Below are positions 24,931 to 37,230 of a stretch of 64,000 nucleotides of DNA, in pieces (the stretch's first letter is position 1; each line of letters begins with the position of its first letter). The translations under genes were made by a program, and so were the position numbers. This stretch comes from Camelus dromedarius (Eukaryota), in the NCBI RefSeq assembly GCF_036321535.1, contig NC_087437.1, positions 93,746,001-93,810,000 of the forward strand, given 5' to 3'. The notes beneath the pieces are model-generated. The model did not search any database, had not been told where the DNA came from, and worked only from the letters and a program-made list of their open reading frames with translations.

Positions 24931-25500
24931 TTTAATTAATTTGACAAGATATTTAATTAATGTAATTTATTAAATGGTAGTGAAAATAATTCTAAATATA
25001 TATGTTAATTTAATTGTTCAACATTAATATTGTTTATCCAAGCATGCTATAAATTCTATATATACTAAAACAAGTTCCCAACACTTTCATATTAATAATA
25101 AAAGATCTAACAGGATAATTACTTGAAGGACTGCTCATTTAAATACATATATTCTATTGAGATAAAGAGCTTTCAACAATTAAAACTGCCTCATGAGAAG
25201 GATTATATTTTCATGTAATTGATTTACCACACATTAGGATTATTATGTGGCTCTAGTAGCCTGAGTTAATAGAAAGGTTTCTAAGGCATTAACTTTATAT
25301 TTCTTATTCAGTATGTTGTTTCCATTGATTCTGAATCTAAAACAGTAAGAATGAATTTCAACTTTTCCTGATAGAATTTAATTTTCTCAAACAGCATTAA
25401 ATAACAAAACCACATAAAAATTTATTTATTTTTCAATTAATTAATTTTTATACTCCCTTAAAGAGTTTTCCAAAATCATGTTTGATTTCATGATTCGAAA

Positions 25501-25529
25501 AACAACAACAGCAACAGCAACAGCAGCAA
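25501..25529. repeat. Mixed (CAA/CAG)n microsatellite
   Basis: aacaacaacagcaacagcaacagcagcaa. Confidence 0.8.
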
Positions 25530-27569
25530 AACACAACTTCGTGCTGCCTCCCTCAGCCTGTCTTTGGCTACACTGAGAAGTGGACCCAGATGATCTGCTG
25601 GGTCGGCCCTTCCTTTTCTGCATTCTTGAAGGTGCCCTCCTCAAACTACCATCCTACTCTCCTGAGTGGTGTCTTGTCTTACTGTAATGCATCTGTGGTT
25701 TTTATCCTAAGATTGAATCACTCTGTCTTGAAGGCATCAAATATACATTTAAACAAAATTATGCCCAGTAGGAAAAGTGTTGGTGCAAAGCCCATACAGG
25801 GGTTTTAGGACTGTACATACTACATGCACTAACTTACAAGAATAAAAATTATCTGGGGCCTAAATGTTTGAAATTTGTTAGATTCTCCAAGTATCTCTTA
25901 AATCAAAATACATCAGTATTTGTTTCTTTGCCACTAAAATCAGTCTTCATAATCTTAAGAATGAGATTTTGTTAAATCAAAATTGAGAAGGTAAAAGAAT
26001 CCCTAAAGATGCCTTTATTTTCTTGTTATGACTTAAAGGATTTAGAAAAGTGTATATTTGAATACATTACTTACAAAATGACAAATGCCTGTATAGGCCT
26101 GAATTAATGGATTTACAATGATACATAAAAATCTAAAACCACTGCCTTAGCATACAACTGTTTCTCTTTATGCACCTGTGGACAGAGAGAAGAAAAAAGG
26201 CCAATGGACAAAATTACCTATTGATCGCTCAACAAAGTGCATCCTTTTTTTATTATAATAAGCTTCCTTTTTCCCCTTCTGGGTGTCAAGTGTATTGGAA
26301 AACCATTTAAAGAATATAACAGCTAACCAGAGCCTTGAGTATGAGTTTGAATCCCTATGGTTAAGGTAGGAATATACTTCCAAGTGCTTTAATTTTCCTT
26401 AAAAATGTTAGGTACTATTATAGTGTACATACTAAATTGAGATTCCTATCTTTACTGACATTGGAGTTGCAAGAGAAGCCTTACAGTCAAGTCTTATTTC
26501 AGTAGATGCCAAGATTGGCCAGTTGACTCTTAACTGTTATTGCTGACCTTCTGTTCTTGCCCATATTTCCTTTATATTCTGCTACATGTCAGCTTGGTGT
26601 TTCTAACTTTCATGTTCAAATCACTGTGCTGGTGTCAGTTCTTTAAAAAAAAAAAAAACAGCAAAACTCAGAGACTTGGGTCAATGTCATCAGAGTGTAT
26701 GTGTGAGTGCACACGTACATATTATATAGGAGGCTAATGGGGGTTGAAATGATGTAGGAGAGAAGTACCAATTGCTTGTTTATAGCCACTATATAAATAC
26801 AGTCTAATTCTCTGGAAGTTAAAAGTATATACTGTTCAGGTAGTAAGAGGAATTTGTGATACACAAATGACAGATCCTGAAAAACAGATGATATGGGGAT
26901 CATGAACTAGAAACTGGGTAGCCAAAGCACACAGAAAGCTCTCCAAGAGAGTGCAGTAAAAATAAGACACGAACTGGAGAGAAGTGGGTGAGCATGTGCA
27001 TGTAATATCATAGTACTCCTCTCCTTTCCTCTCCAGCTGGGAATTTCGCTCATAGAGTAGGTGGAATATAATATAATTAACAGTCTTACAGGATTTGAAT
27101 ATCTTATAATTGTAGATGATGTAATACTGCTTCTGGCTAGATAGGAATCTGTAGTACATGACTGACCTACGTAACTGTTGTTTTACTCTCTTGCTTATAT
27201 AATGGAATTATTTCTATTATTACTTTATTGTGAAATACTATTGTAAAGCTTTAAAACAATGAAAAATAATAACTATAGATTTACTCATGCTTTGAGGGAT
27301 GTTAATTTATCTGTTAATGTACATGTATCTTTTTATAAAAAGTATTAAACTGTCCCCTATATAATATACCGTTTTTCTATTCCAATAAATCATAAATACC
27401 AGTATATATCTGTCCCTGTCAATATACGTCATTTCTTGCTTGGTGAAATAATAAGAATGATTATACAGCACTGTCTCTGGAGCTCGGGCCCCAAACATCG
27501 CCCCATGGGCTCTGCCAGGTGGCTTTGAAAGTGATCCAAGCAGGCCCCTTGTCTGTATGTAGTGACCAG

Positions 27570-27673
27570 GGTGGGGGCCAGGGCATACTGGTAGACATAG
27601 CAACTGCATCTCCGCACTGAGCACAGCCCAACTGTTCTGGTTCCAATAAATACTGGATTAATGAATGAATAAA
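27570..27673 (+). mobile_element. L2 3' end
   Basis: ctgcatctccgcactgagcacag...caataaatactggattaatgaatgaat parallels the L2 terminus 'ctgtatccccagcacctagcacag...caataaatatttgttgaatgaatgaat'. Confidence 0.55.
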
Positions 27674-29278
27674 ACTCTCCTTAAAATAAAAAAAATATAT
27701 ATATATATATTCCACTAATAATGCATTCTAGTAATTTGAAAATCTGAGTAAAAACTTAATTGTTGGAAATGGTACTCTTTTTATATTGTTATGGACGATT
27801 TAAAGATTTTTCTCATTATTCTTGTCTTATTTTTATAAATGCATTTGATAAAGTGCCCATTTACCTTGCTGATTGTTTTCCGTGGCTGGGCAGGACTGCC
27901 ATTCATGCAGGAATTGCTGAGACAGGAAAGTGGACATGAAAGTCGAGTGAGAGAAAGATTATGGATGGTGATGACACTGAGCCAAGGCTGAATGTGGAAA
28001 GACAATGCCCAGTGTCAGAATGAAGTGTGGGGATATAAAGGAGCAATATGGTTGGGAACACTTAGATGAAAAGATGATTCACTTCAAAAGTGAGTCAGTG
28101 TAAACAGTTAAGAACTTGTACTCTAAACTGTTTGCAGGAGATCCGCCTTAATTGTGGGTTTTGGTATATTGCAGGTGATCAAAGATAGTTGGCCAAATGA
28201 AGTATAAGGTCCTGAATTTAAAAAATATTCTAATATAGGAAACATTGTAACTTTAAATATTATTTAATTTTTTTTAACTTTTGCCATAGACAATTGTTAA
28301 AAGGATTGTTTAAAACTGAGGTAATGCTTAATGGTTCTTGAATTGAATAATGATGAGAAATTTAACACTTACCTTGGGATAAAGAATACTGATACTGAAT
28401 TAGCAAAGTAAGTCATGTATTCAGATAAATAAACCATCATGGTTTTTATGCAAGTTTTGAAAAATGTTAAAGGTAAAATTTCCAATTTGGATGAGTAAAA
28501 TGACTGTCATTATATACTAAATATGTGTTAATGATTTAATAAGTTCAGACACTAAATTTTGTGTAAGAACAAAGATGAGTTAAAATATTTGCATTTTACT
28601 GAGGTATTGACAACATGCTTGCAAAGGATTGGCTTGGGAATTTAAAATGTGGCAATTTGAGCATATTAGAATTTAATATGTAGGATGTTGAAAATTTTTT
28701 TTAATATCTGGGTGTATAGTAAAATGAAATGTAGAATTAAGACTTTGAGAGATCATTTAGAGATGCTGTTATGCTCCTGAGATTTTTCTCCAGATCAACA
28801 TAGTTCATTATCAATTTAATATGTATTAAATATATTATGTTCATTATTATACATGTGAATTTATATGTGCTTTGTATAGAATAGACTTGCACTGTTTTTA
28901 ACATAGCATGGTGGTAATACATGATATAAGAATTACATAAAACTAGATAGTTATACATTTAAAAAATGTTTCCAGACTTACCCTCCTTCTTGTCTCTAAC
29001 TGGTTATAAAGGACCTCTGAATTTCTGCAGATCTGTCCTCCAATATTTCCAGGAAAATCTAAGGAAGTTTCAGTTTGGGTCATAAAAGTATCTGTTTCTA
29101 CCAGAACTCCTGTACTTCACTAATCAAAAATGGCTTTTCTGCTGTCTGCAGGGCACACGAGTCCCTGCTGTGCAGTGGCTGGCATGGGGGGTGGTTCCTG
29201 TCCTTCCTCTGAATACAGCAGTTGCCCCATAAGCTTCACACTTTTGTCACTTCTCGAGAGTCTCATGTCTATAGGAAA

Positions 29279-29304
29279 GTGTGTGTGTGTGTGTGTGTGT
29301 GTGT
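29279..29304. repeat. (GT)13 microsatellite
   Basis: Seen directly. Confidence 0.95.
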
Positions 29305-29657
29305 GGTGGGAAGGCAGGTCAATAATGGCTTCCTCTCTATCTTAGAATCAGAGGAACCCAATGCTTTTACCTATGTGATCAATATTTACCTATTTTCCTA
29401 AAAACAAATGTCTTTTTCTCACAAACAAATTGACCAATCCTATTAAGAAATATCATGATAGTATTTTATAGGCCTAAATCCAAATCATAATAAAAATGAG
29501 CAAACTTAAGTGCTTGTAACAGAAAAAAATTATGTTTCATAATTTACACATTATTTATGTAGTCCGCAACTCAGGGTCTGAGACTCAGCAAAGAAACTCC
29601 TTCCTTAGTGTCCTCTTTCACTCAAAGAGGTCCCAGCTTAAAGAGTCTATGCTTTGG

Positions 29658-29846
29658 TAACAGTTACCATGAGCCAAGGGCTTTATATTTATTATTTCAT
29701 TTTCCATTCACTACCTAATGAGTGAAACAACTTTTATTGTTCCAGGAGAGAATATAGCTTGTTCAAGATCACAGAAATCTAATAAGTGGTGAAGCCAAAA
29801 TTTAAACATAGTTCTGCCAGACTTCAGTCTTTTCTCTTCCCACAAT
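29658..29846 (-). mobile_element. MIR SINE
   Basis: agcttgttcaagatcacag...taagtggtgaagccaaaatttaaacatag. Confidence 0.6.
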
Positions 29847-30789
29847 GATAGTCCCTTCAGAAATGATACCTCATGGCCAAACTCCTGCAACAACTGTAAT
29901 TTAATATAATTATAAAATAATTACTGTTTTTTTTTAAAGATGAAGTATTTTTTTGCAGTAGAAAGAAATTAAATTGGTGTGTCTGAGAAATAATGATAGC
30001 TATACTTTAAAAATATTAAAATATGTAAAAGAGTTCAGCAACAGATTGTTCTCTTTAGTAACAAGCATGTGATAAAATGTCACTTGAATATCGGCAACCT
30101 TTGGTCAGATTTATCTCATATAATCACACAATGTGAAAAATATTATTTGGTTTGCAGGGAAAGAGAATGAAAATTTATAAAAAACATTTTTATCATGTGT
30201 CAACCCTAATCCATTTGAAAAAGTATCTTTAATATAATTGTGTCATTAAGTCACAAAAATGGAAATTGCGTTAACAGCAGGATGTTAGCTTTTATTGAGG
30301 GCAAACAGCAGGGTTGCTGCTAATGAGAACATCATCAACGTATCAGCAAAAGGTCAGCCTAAAGAGCTCTTTACCCAACTTCTCCCCAAGTAGTTATTTT
30401 CCCCCTTTGATGGCATATCACACTGACAAGCTAGACTTACACGTAGCTATGTTATTATGAATCAGTCTCTATTATGACAAGACATATACAATTGCAAGGC
30501 ACCCACTGAAGTTGATACACATGGTTCAGAAGTTATTTTTTCCCCAAAAAGGGCTAATAGAATCATTTTGATGATGTTGTGATTGTTGTTCATTTGTTTT
30601 TAACATTCTGATATTATATTTAAGTGGGTAATCCATTTAAGATCTTGAAAGATGTAAAGGCATTTTAAACAATGGGTAAAGGCATGGGTTTAGATAAAAG
30701 GATTTCATCCAGGTTGATCTAGTTCTTATCCTTATTCTGTTAATTGCCTGCTCTACAAACAGAAAGCTAAAGTAGTACTCAAAATTACA

Positions 30790-30880
30790 GTATCATTTAC
30801 TGTGAGCTTATTTTCTGCCATGCACTAGTCCAAGTGTTTTATAAGTACCCTTCATTTTATATTCACAGCAAGCTTGCAAC
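30790..30880 (-). mobile_element. MIR 3' fragment
   Basis: catttactgtgagcttattttctgccatgcactagtccaagtgtttta. Confidence 0.55.
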
Positions 30881-31092
30881 AATTACAATGATTAACTTTT
30901 GTTTGCTTTTCTGCAGCTTTTTGAAGACTTTCTTGGAGCTCATAGGAGTTCACCAAGATTTGATTAGAATTGCTCTACTAACGATATTTATGAGACTCAA
31001 ATATTTAGAACATAAGGGAACATGGGAAGCTGTTGATTAAATCACCTGGAAGTGTGCTTGTACTGGCAAAACATAGCAAATAGTTATTCAGA

Positions 31093-31094
<2 letters not shown>

Positions 31095-31148
<54 letters not shown>
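31095..31148. repeat. Perfect (CAT)18 microsatellite
   Basis: 54 nt of uninterrupted CAT, counted directly. Confidence 0.97.
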
Positions 31149-31334
31149 GATGTACTGATTCTGCAAGGGCAGGGCCTGGGAACAAACAGATTCATTCCAG
31201 GCGTCTCATTTTCCCAACTGTATATCTGTATTGCTTGTGTTTTGAATTAAATGAACCTAAAGAATTGATCAAAGGGCTAATGAAGAAAGCAAAATTAGTT
31301 CAAACATCACTTTAAAATCTTAGTTTTATAGTGT

Positions 31335-31867
31335 TATGATGGTTACTTTTATGTATAAACTTGGATAGGCCATTGTACCCAGATGTGTGGTCAAACATGG
31401 TCTAGATGCAGCTTTGAAGTAATTTAGATGAGATTACATTTAAATAAATAGATTTCCATTAAAGCAGATTATCCTCCAAAATATGGGTGGGTCTTATCCA
31501 ATCAGTTGAAGGGCTTAAAAGAGAAAAGACTGATGTCTTTCAAGGAAGAGGGACTCTGCCAGCCAACTGTCTTCAGACTTGAGCTGCAATGTCAGTTCTC
31601 TGGGTCTCTAGTCTGCTAGCCAATCCTGCAAAATTTGGACTTGCTGGCCTTTTCAGTCATCACGGTCATGTGGGCTCATTCCTTAAAATAAATTTCTCTT
31701 TCTCTTTAACTCTCATTAAGTAGATAGGTGTGTGTACATATATACACACATATATATGTACCTATATATACACACACACACATATATGCATGTGCACACA
31801 CATATGCACACACAGATATACACATGCCCTATTGATTACTTTTCTTGGGAGAATCCTGACTAATACA
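31335..31867 (+). mobile_element. MLT2D-like ERVL solo LTR, full length, with internal TA/CA tract
   Basis: tatgatggttacttttatgt...aaagcagattatcctcc...atccaatcagttgaagggctt...gagaatcctgactaataca; flanks agtgt/agtat give a 4/5 TSD match. Confidence 0.9.
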
Positions 31868-32541
31868 AGTATGTTATACAAATCTGTAATGGCTAAAGAG
31901 CTTTACTGAAACCCTCTCTGGGGAAATGGGTACAGTGACATCAAATCCTTATGCCATAGGACAATTGCTTGTGAATTTAGGTGGATTTTAAGAAGAGAGG
32001 ATGCTTGTAAAAGTCTCAGGCATAAACATCTCCCATAATACATGACTATTTTGATGACCATGTGTGGATGACTTTCATAATTATGTTACATTTTAAGTGA
32101 AAATTCACCTAATTTTAACCATTTAACCAGTGCTTTCACAGGTTTACATATGTCTTAATAAGTTTGGAATTAGATATATCAGGAAAAGTTTGAATAATGA
32201 ATAAATAGATATTTAGTTCACTATTTTCAGATATTCTTTTACAGAGGTTTAGTGTTTCTTATTGAAAGCTTTGGAATGAAACAGACACAAACAATATTGG
32301 CATAACATCAAGGTAAATCTAATCTGAAAGCATGCTATTAATTTTGATCTATTTTCTCTATTGCTGCAAACGTAAAAGCAGAAATGTGTACCTTTAATTC
32401 AGAAAGGAGCAGAAAGCTTTGTCACGATTGTGAATTAATTTCAAGATCTGATTATCAAAGCTTAGGAAAACTCCTACTTCAAGTCTCAGGAAACTGGAGC
32501 TTCTCTTCTCCCATGAGGAACCTTGAGAAGTTTTATCACTG

Positions 32542-32727
32542 CAGTTGAATTTTTCTTAATCGTGACTGTGTGTTAGAAACACTTGGAGAACTTTCGGAAA
32601 TGTCTGGATTCATACTGCAAACAAAAATAGATAAGTCAGAATATATGGGGATGTTAACCAATAAAAAAATAACAACAACAAAAAACTCCCCACGTGATTC
32701 TAATATAATCAGGGTTGAGAACTGCTG
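32542..32727. mobile_element. MER5A-like hAT-Charlie MITE
   Basis: ttagaaacacttggagaactt...ctccccacgtgattctaat...agggttgagaactgctg terminus. Confidence 0.7.
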
Positions 32728-33084
32728 TTCCAAGCGGAACATCTAGGACCATGAAAAGAAAAGAATTCCTGTGGCTTAACTGTTTAGGAAAAGCTAGTTG
32801 GAAAAAATTCAGTTGGAAGGTTAAGTTCTTACATGTGTAGGAGCTGGGCAGTTAAGGATTCCTGGACAGAATTTGTGTCTAACAACAGAAGTCTTTTTTG
32901 TTTTATATTTCCTCTCAGTTATCATATAGTTGGTCTTACTTCTTTTTATATTAAGTAATCTGCTGACTACTATACATAAAAGAACAATCATGACTCCAGG
33001 TTGTTCCTGTGTTAGGAAGATAGAAATTGGTCTGGGAATGTTACCCGAGTTACATCAGATTATAACATGGAAACATACTTAATA

Positions 33085-33398
33085 CCATGGGCCCTGTGTA
33101 CCCATAGGATCCACATACATGGATTCAGTCAACCATGGCTCAAACATATTTTAAAAAATTCCAGAAAGTTTCAAAATGTAAAACTTAAAATTACTGTGCA
33201 TCAGCAAATATTTATATAGCGTTTGTATTGTATTCAGTATTATAAGTAATCTAGAGATGGCTTAAAGTGTAAAGGAGGATGTACATAGGTTAAATGTGAA
33301 TATTACAACATTATATATAAGGGACTTGAACATCCATGGATTTTGGTATCCACAAGAGATCCTAGAACCAGTCCACCATCGATATTGAGGGATGATGG
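33085..33398 (-). mobile_element. MER2B-like TcMar-Tigger element
   Basis: tattataagtaatctagagatgg...agggacttgaacatccatggattttggtatccac; TA dinucleotide on both flanks (33083-84, 33399-400). Confidence 0.88.
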
Positions 33399-33596
33399 TA
33401 TAGTGCTGGCAAATAGTAGGGGTACAATAAATTACCATAAATATTAGTGTTATAAGAATTCTGAAGAAGTATACATTGAAAACCTAACAAAGTATACATT
33501 TAAGCCAAAAAATTAAAGTTTAAAGCAACTTTCATAGGAAGCACAGTTAGGAAGCAAATACTAAATTATACTGATTGACAGTATTTATATAGTTGA

Positions 33597-33953
33597 CGGA
33601 ATGGTTAATTTTCTGTGTCAGCTTGCCCAGCCCACAGGGTGCCCATATATTTGGTCAGACATTATTGTGAATATTTCTGTGAGGTATTATTGAATGAGTT
33701 GAACACTCAGATTGGTAGACTGGGTGAAGCAGATTGCTCTCCCTAGTGTGGGTGGGCCTCATCCAGTCAGTCAAAGGCCTGACTAAAGCAAAAGGCCAAT
33801 TTTTTCTTAAGGAAGAGAGAACTTCTGCTCGACTGCCTTGAGGTGGGAAACTAACTTGAAAAGAATCATCAGCTTCTACTGGATCTCAAGCCTGTTGACC
33901 TTCAGACTGAAGGTCAGCTCTCTTGGGTCTCTGGCTTGCTGACTTATTTTGGA
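33597..33953 (+). mobile_element. MLT2C-like ERVL LTR (3' truncated)
   Basis: atggttaattttctgtgtcagcttg...gaagcagattgctctccctagtgtgggtgggcctcatccagtcagt. Confidence 0.85.
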
Positions 33954-34360
33954 AAAAAATATTTTTTCTACAAACATGTTAAAGAATATATTAGTTAAAA
34001 ATCAGACCTTTCTTTAACTTTGTTCCCAGGTTTTAGGCTGATGTCATTGTTTCTAACTACATCACGTAGGAGTTGGCATATTTCATACTCCTTGAACCAG
34101 AGGTCTTAGTTTTGGAGTTTGTGTGTCAAAGAGATTTTAGCTTAATAAGATATTTAATCATTTAGAGATTACCATATAAATGTAGATACAGAAAACTGTG
34201 TATGTCTCTGAGCCTCCTGCCACATATTTCCCTAGAAATAAATAAATCTACAAAGCAAAATAACATTATTAAACTTCAGTAAAGTGAAAGTCGTCATCAC
34301 ATTTTTCTAGAAAGCATCTTATTAAATTAATTATATAATGATTTAATCTTTAATCTGAAA

Positions 34361-34633
34361 ATAGTTCTGAAGCCTGGAAATTCAAGATCAGGGTGCAAGC
34401 ATGGCTGAGTGAGGACAGTTCTGGATGGCAGGCTTGTTGCACTTTCCACACATGGTGGGAGGGGTGGGGGGCTTTGTGGACCTTCTTTTATAAGGACACT
34501 AATCCCATTCATGTGGGCTCTACCCTCATGACCTCAACACCTCCTGAAGAACCAACTTCCTAACACCATCATATTAGCTACTAGGACTTCAACATATGAA
34601 TTCGGGAGGGACCCAAACACTCAGGTCATAGTG
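34361..34633 (-). mobile_element. MLT1A/A0-like LTR (partial)
   Basis: agttctgaagcctggaaattcaagatcagggtgc...ttttataaggacactaatcccattcatg...ttcaacatatgaattcggg. Confidence 0.85.
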
Positions 34634-34767
34634 TAATTATAACTCTAATGTAAGTATATAGATCCATGAATCTGTCAGTTAAGAGACCTCAGCTCTCTGA
34701 AGTATATGCTCTCTGACTTAACCCATATTAGCATCATAAAATAGCATTGCTGGAGAAAGTTATAGAC

Positions 34768-35020
34768 AGGAATGGTGGGAAGGGATAAATTGGGAGTTCA
34801 AGATTTGCAGATACCAACTACTATATATAAAATAAAAAACAAGTTTATACTATATAGCACAGGGAACTAACTATATTCTATATCTTGTTATAACGTATAA
34901 TGAAAAAGGATATGAAAAGGAATGTAAGTATGTATATGTACCACTGAAACATTATTCTGTCCACCAGAAATTGACACAACATTGTAAATGACTATACTTC
35001 AATTAAAAAAAAAGAAAAAG
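34768..35020 (+). mobile_element. Lineage-type L1 3' end with poly(A) tail (heavily 5' truncated)
   Basis: gggaagggataaattgggagttcaagatttgcagatac...tatagcacagggaac...acaacattgtaaatgactatacttcaatt followed by an A-tail; homologous to the 3'UTR of the L1 at 57.3-58.2 kb. Confidence 0.85.
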
Positions 35021-35099
35021 AAGGAAATGGTCAAAGTATAGATGGATCCAATTTCTTTCATCTTTGGTCTGTATCCACGTTTTTGGACTAGTAAATGAT

Positions 35100-35352
35100 G
35101 GTGTCCTTCATCTCCGAACAGAGCAACCTTCTTTACCTCTTGGCTTTGGGTTTGGAAATATGTGTGCTGTGCTGGAGAGACTGAAGCAGAAATATAGGTT
35201 CTAAGGAGATTTGTGTGCATGTGGGTTCCATTTGCAATTTTGAGTTCCAGTATCACCTTGAGGACATGCTTAGGCTCTTGTGCTATCCTGGGTGGAGAAA
35301 GCAAGTTGCCTAGGAGAGAGCAGAGGGTAGCCAGCTTCCCAGTCTAGGTCAG
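35100..35352 (+). mobile_element. Possible old MLT1 (I/J-like) LTR fragment
   Basis: Loose similarity: ctgaagcagaaa...tgtgtgcatgtgggtt...tcaccttgaggacatgct. Confidence 0.3.
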
Positions 35353-36318
35353 CCAAGAACAATAACTTCATTTTTCCCATGAAGTTTATTTTCCAGTTCC
35401 CCAAAAGGTCCTCTGTAGTAAGGATTGTGCCTCTGGCAGCTGTAGCCAAGTTGGATTATTCAGAAGTACACAACTGTGACAGACATGGACCTAGCTACAC
35501 AAAAAGAAATTGCTATTGATATACTCAAGCCGACATAAAGAGAGAGCAGTGAACAATGTGATCTATTCATCATCTTTGCCGAAGGAAGGAACATAATCTT
35601 TCTTTTTTTGTTATTGAAGTAATGGCTCAAAAAATAAATAAAAAGCATGAGTAACATTTGGAGAAGCTAAACTCTAGGCGGAAGTACAGCTCCCTCCATC
35701 TTCAGATCACACGTTATTCAGATGTGCTTTGTAGAAGACCGTTTTGATCTGCAGCTAGGATTTCAGGCAGTTTTTCAAAGAAACATGGCTCTTTGTAAGC
35801 TTTGTGTAAACATCATTATCTCTTTTACTTATTGGAAGACCTTTGTCCCCTTCATGATGCATGAAAGGAAAGCAAACGTTTAAACTTTCTACCTAAGGCA
35901 ATCATGGCTACCTGCAAAGTGTCATCTCATTAATGAACTGTTTTATGTGCTTGCCAAAATTACAGAGCTGTTTCATCATGCCTAGGGAGGCTCTGGACGT
36001 GATTCTTCGTAACCATGCTCAGTCGTCCGCTAAAACAGACTTAGTATATTAATACTGGTTTTGCCTTTTTTCTTATTTTTTTCTTGTTTAAATGAAAAAT
36101 TTCACCATGATTTAGATGAGGCCTCAAATTATATTTTGCTGAAATGAAGTTTCTGTCTGTGTGGATATTTGTGATATAACTAGAACCAGGTATTTATTTG
36201 AATTGAAAACAGTAATACTGTTTCTATTTACATTTTCTTTAGCAGTGTGGACTATACATTAGATGGATGAAAACCAGCAGCTAACCAAAATATTCTGCCC
36301 AACTAAAATGCCACTCAG

Positions 36319-36320
<2 letters not shown>

Positions 36321-36352
<32 letters not shown>
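36321..36352. repeat. (AC)16 microsatellite
   Basis: Seen directly. Confidence 0.97.
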
Positions 36353-36357
<5 letters not shown>

Positions 36358-36499
36358 GAATGCCTACTATTTGCCAGGCAGTTTTAGGCAAGCAGTGCAT
36401 TTTCCTTTCCTGGAAAGTGAATTCTGGTGGAAATTTTCTACAGTGGATCTAATTGATTTATGAATGACTGGTGAATTTGATTTATGAATTGATTTATAA

Positions 36500-36785
36500 T
36501 TCATTTATTCAACAAGGACTCATTTAACACATAATACACCTGAGGTCTTTTTCAGCACTGGGGTTTGAGGTTTGGAAAAACAGAAGGCAGTAAATGAATA
36601 TCAGATACACAAGATCGTATGAGTTGTGATCCATGTTGTGTTTTGTTTTCAGAGAGATGAGGAAGAAGCCTCTAGGAGAAATCACATATAGGATGTGGCC
36701 CCTCTAAAGCAATGCCATTCGTGCTAAGAACTGATAGATGAGAATGAGCATGACATGCAGAAACTTGGAAGAATATTTCAGCAAA
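36500..36785 (-). mobile_element. L2 3' region
   Basis: ttcatttattcaacaa start; cagcactgggg; gccattcgtgctaagaactgatagatgagaatgagc. Confidence 0.55.
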
Positions 36786-36799
36786 TTCCAAGCATAAAA

Positions 36800-37230
36800 A
36801 ACAAATGGGCTGTAAATACATGAAATGATGTCCAAACACAATGGCAATCAAGGAAGTGCAAATTCAGAGACAGTTAGGTGTGATTTTATCCATTAGCTTG
36901 GCAAATGTTTCACTGTCTAACAATACCTAGAAAAATGAGAACTCTCATACACAGCTTGTGGAAGTTACAATGAAGTGGAGATCAGTTAAGAAATATTTAG
37001 CAAAAATAAAGATGCTGTGTCCTGGGATACAGCAGTTTCCCTTCTGTAAATGCTGGAGAACTGTTTATACATTTGACTTGCTGGTAGCAGTTACACAGCG
37101 TGCAGTTGCTAGAGTCACAGGACCCAAAGTGACAATGCTGATAAGGCTGTAGTTCATTTCAGAGAAAGGATACAATACAGCAGTAGCATTAAAGTAAGGG
37201 TACATATCACAGTCATGTTTAAGGCATGAA
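36800..37230 (+). mobile_element. L1ME-like ORF2 3' fragment
   Basis: aaatacatgaaatgatgtcc...aatcaaggaagtgcaaatt...gaactctcatacacagct...cagcagtttcccttct. Confidence 0.65.

Noticed and set aside
27460..27710. Processed pseudogene or terminal exon (plus-strand open frame, two AATAAA, A-run)
   Set aside because: The AATAAA and TGAATGAAT motifs fit an L2 3' terminus; the peptide is unrecognised and no TSD follows the A-run
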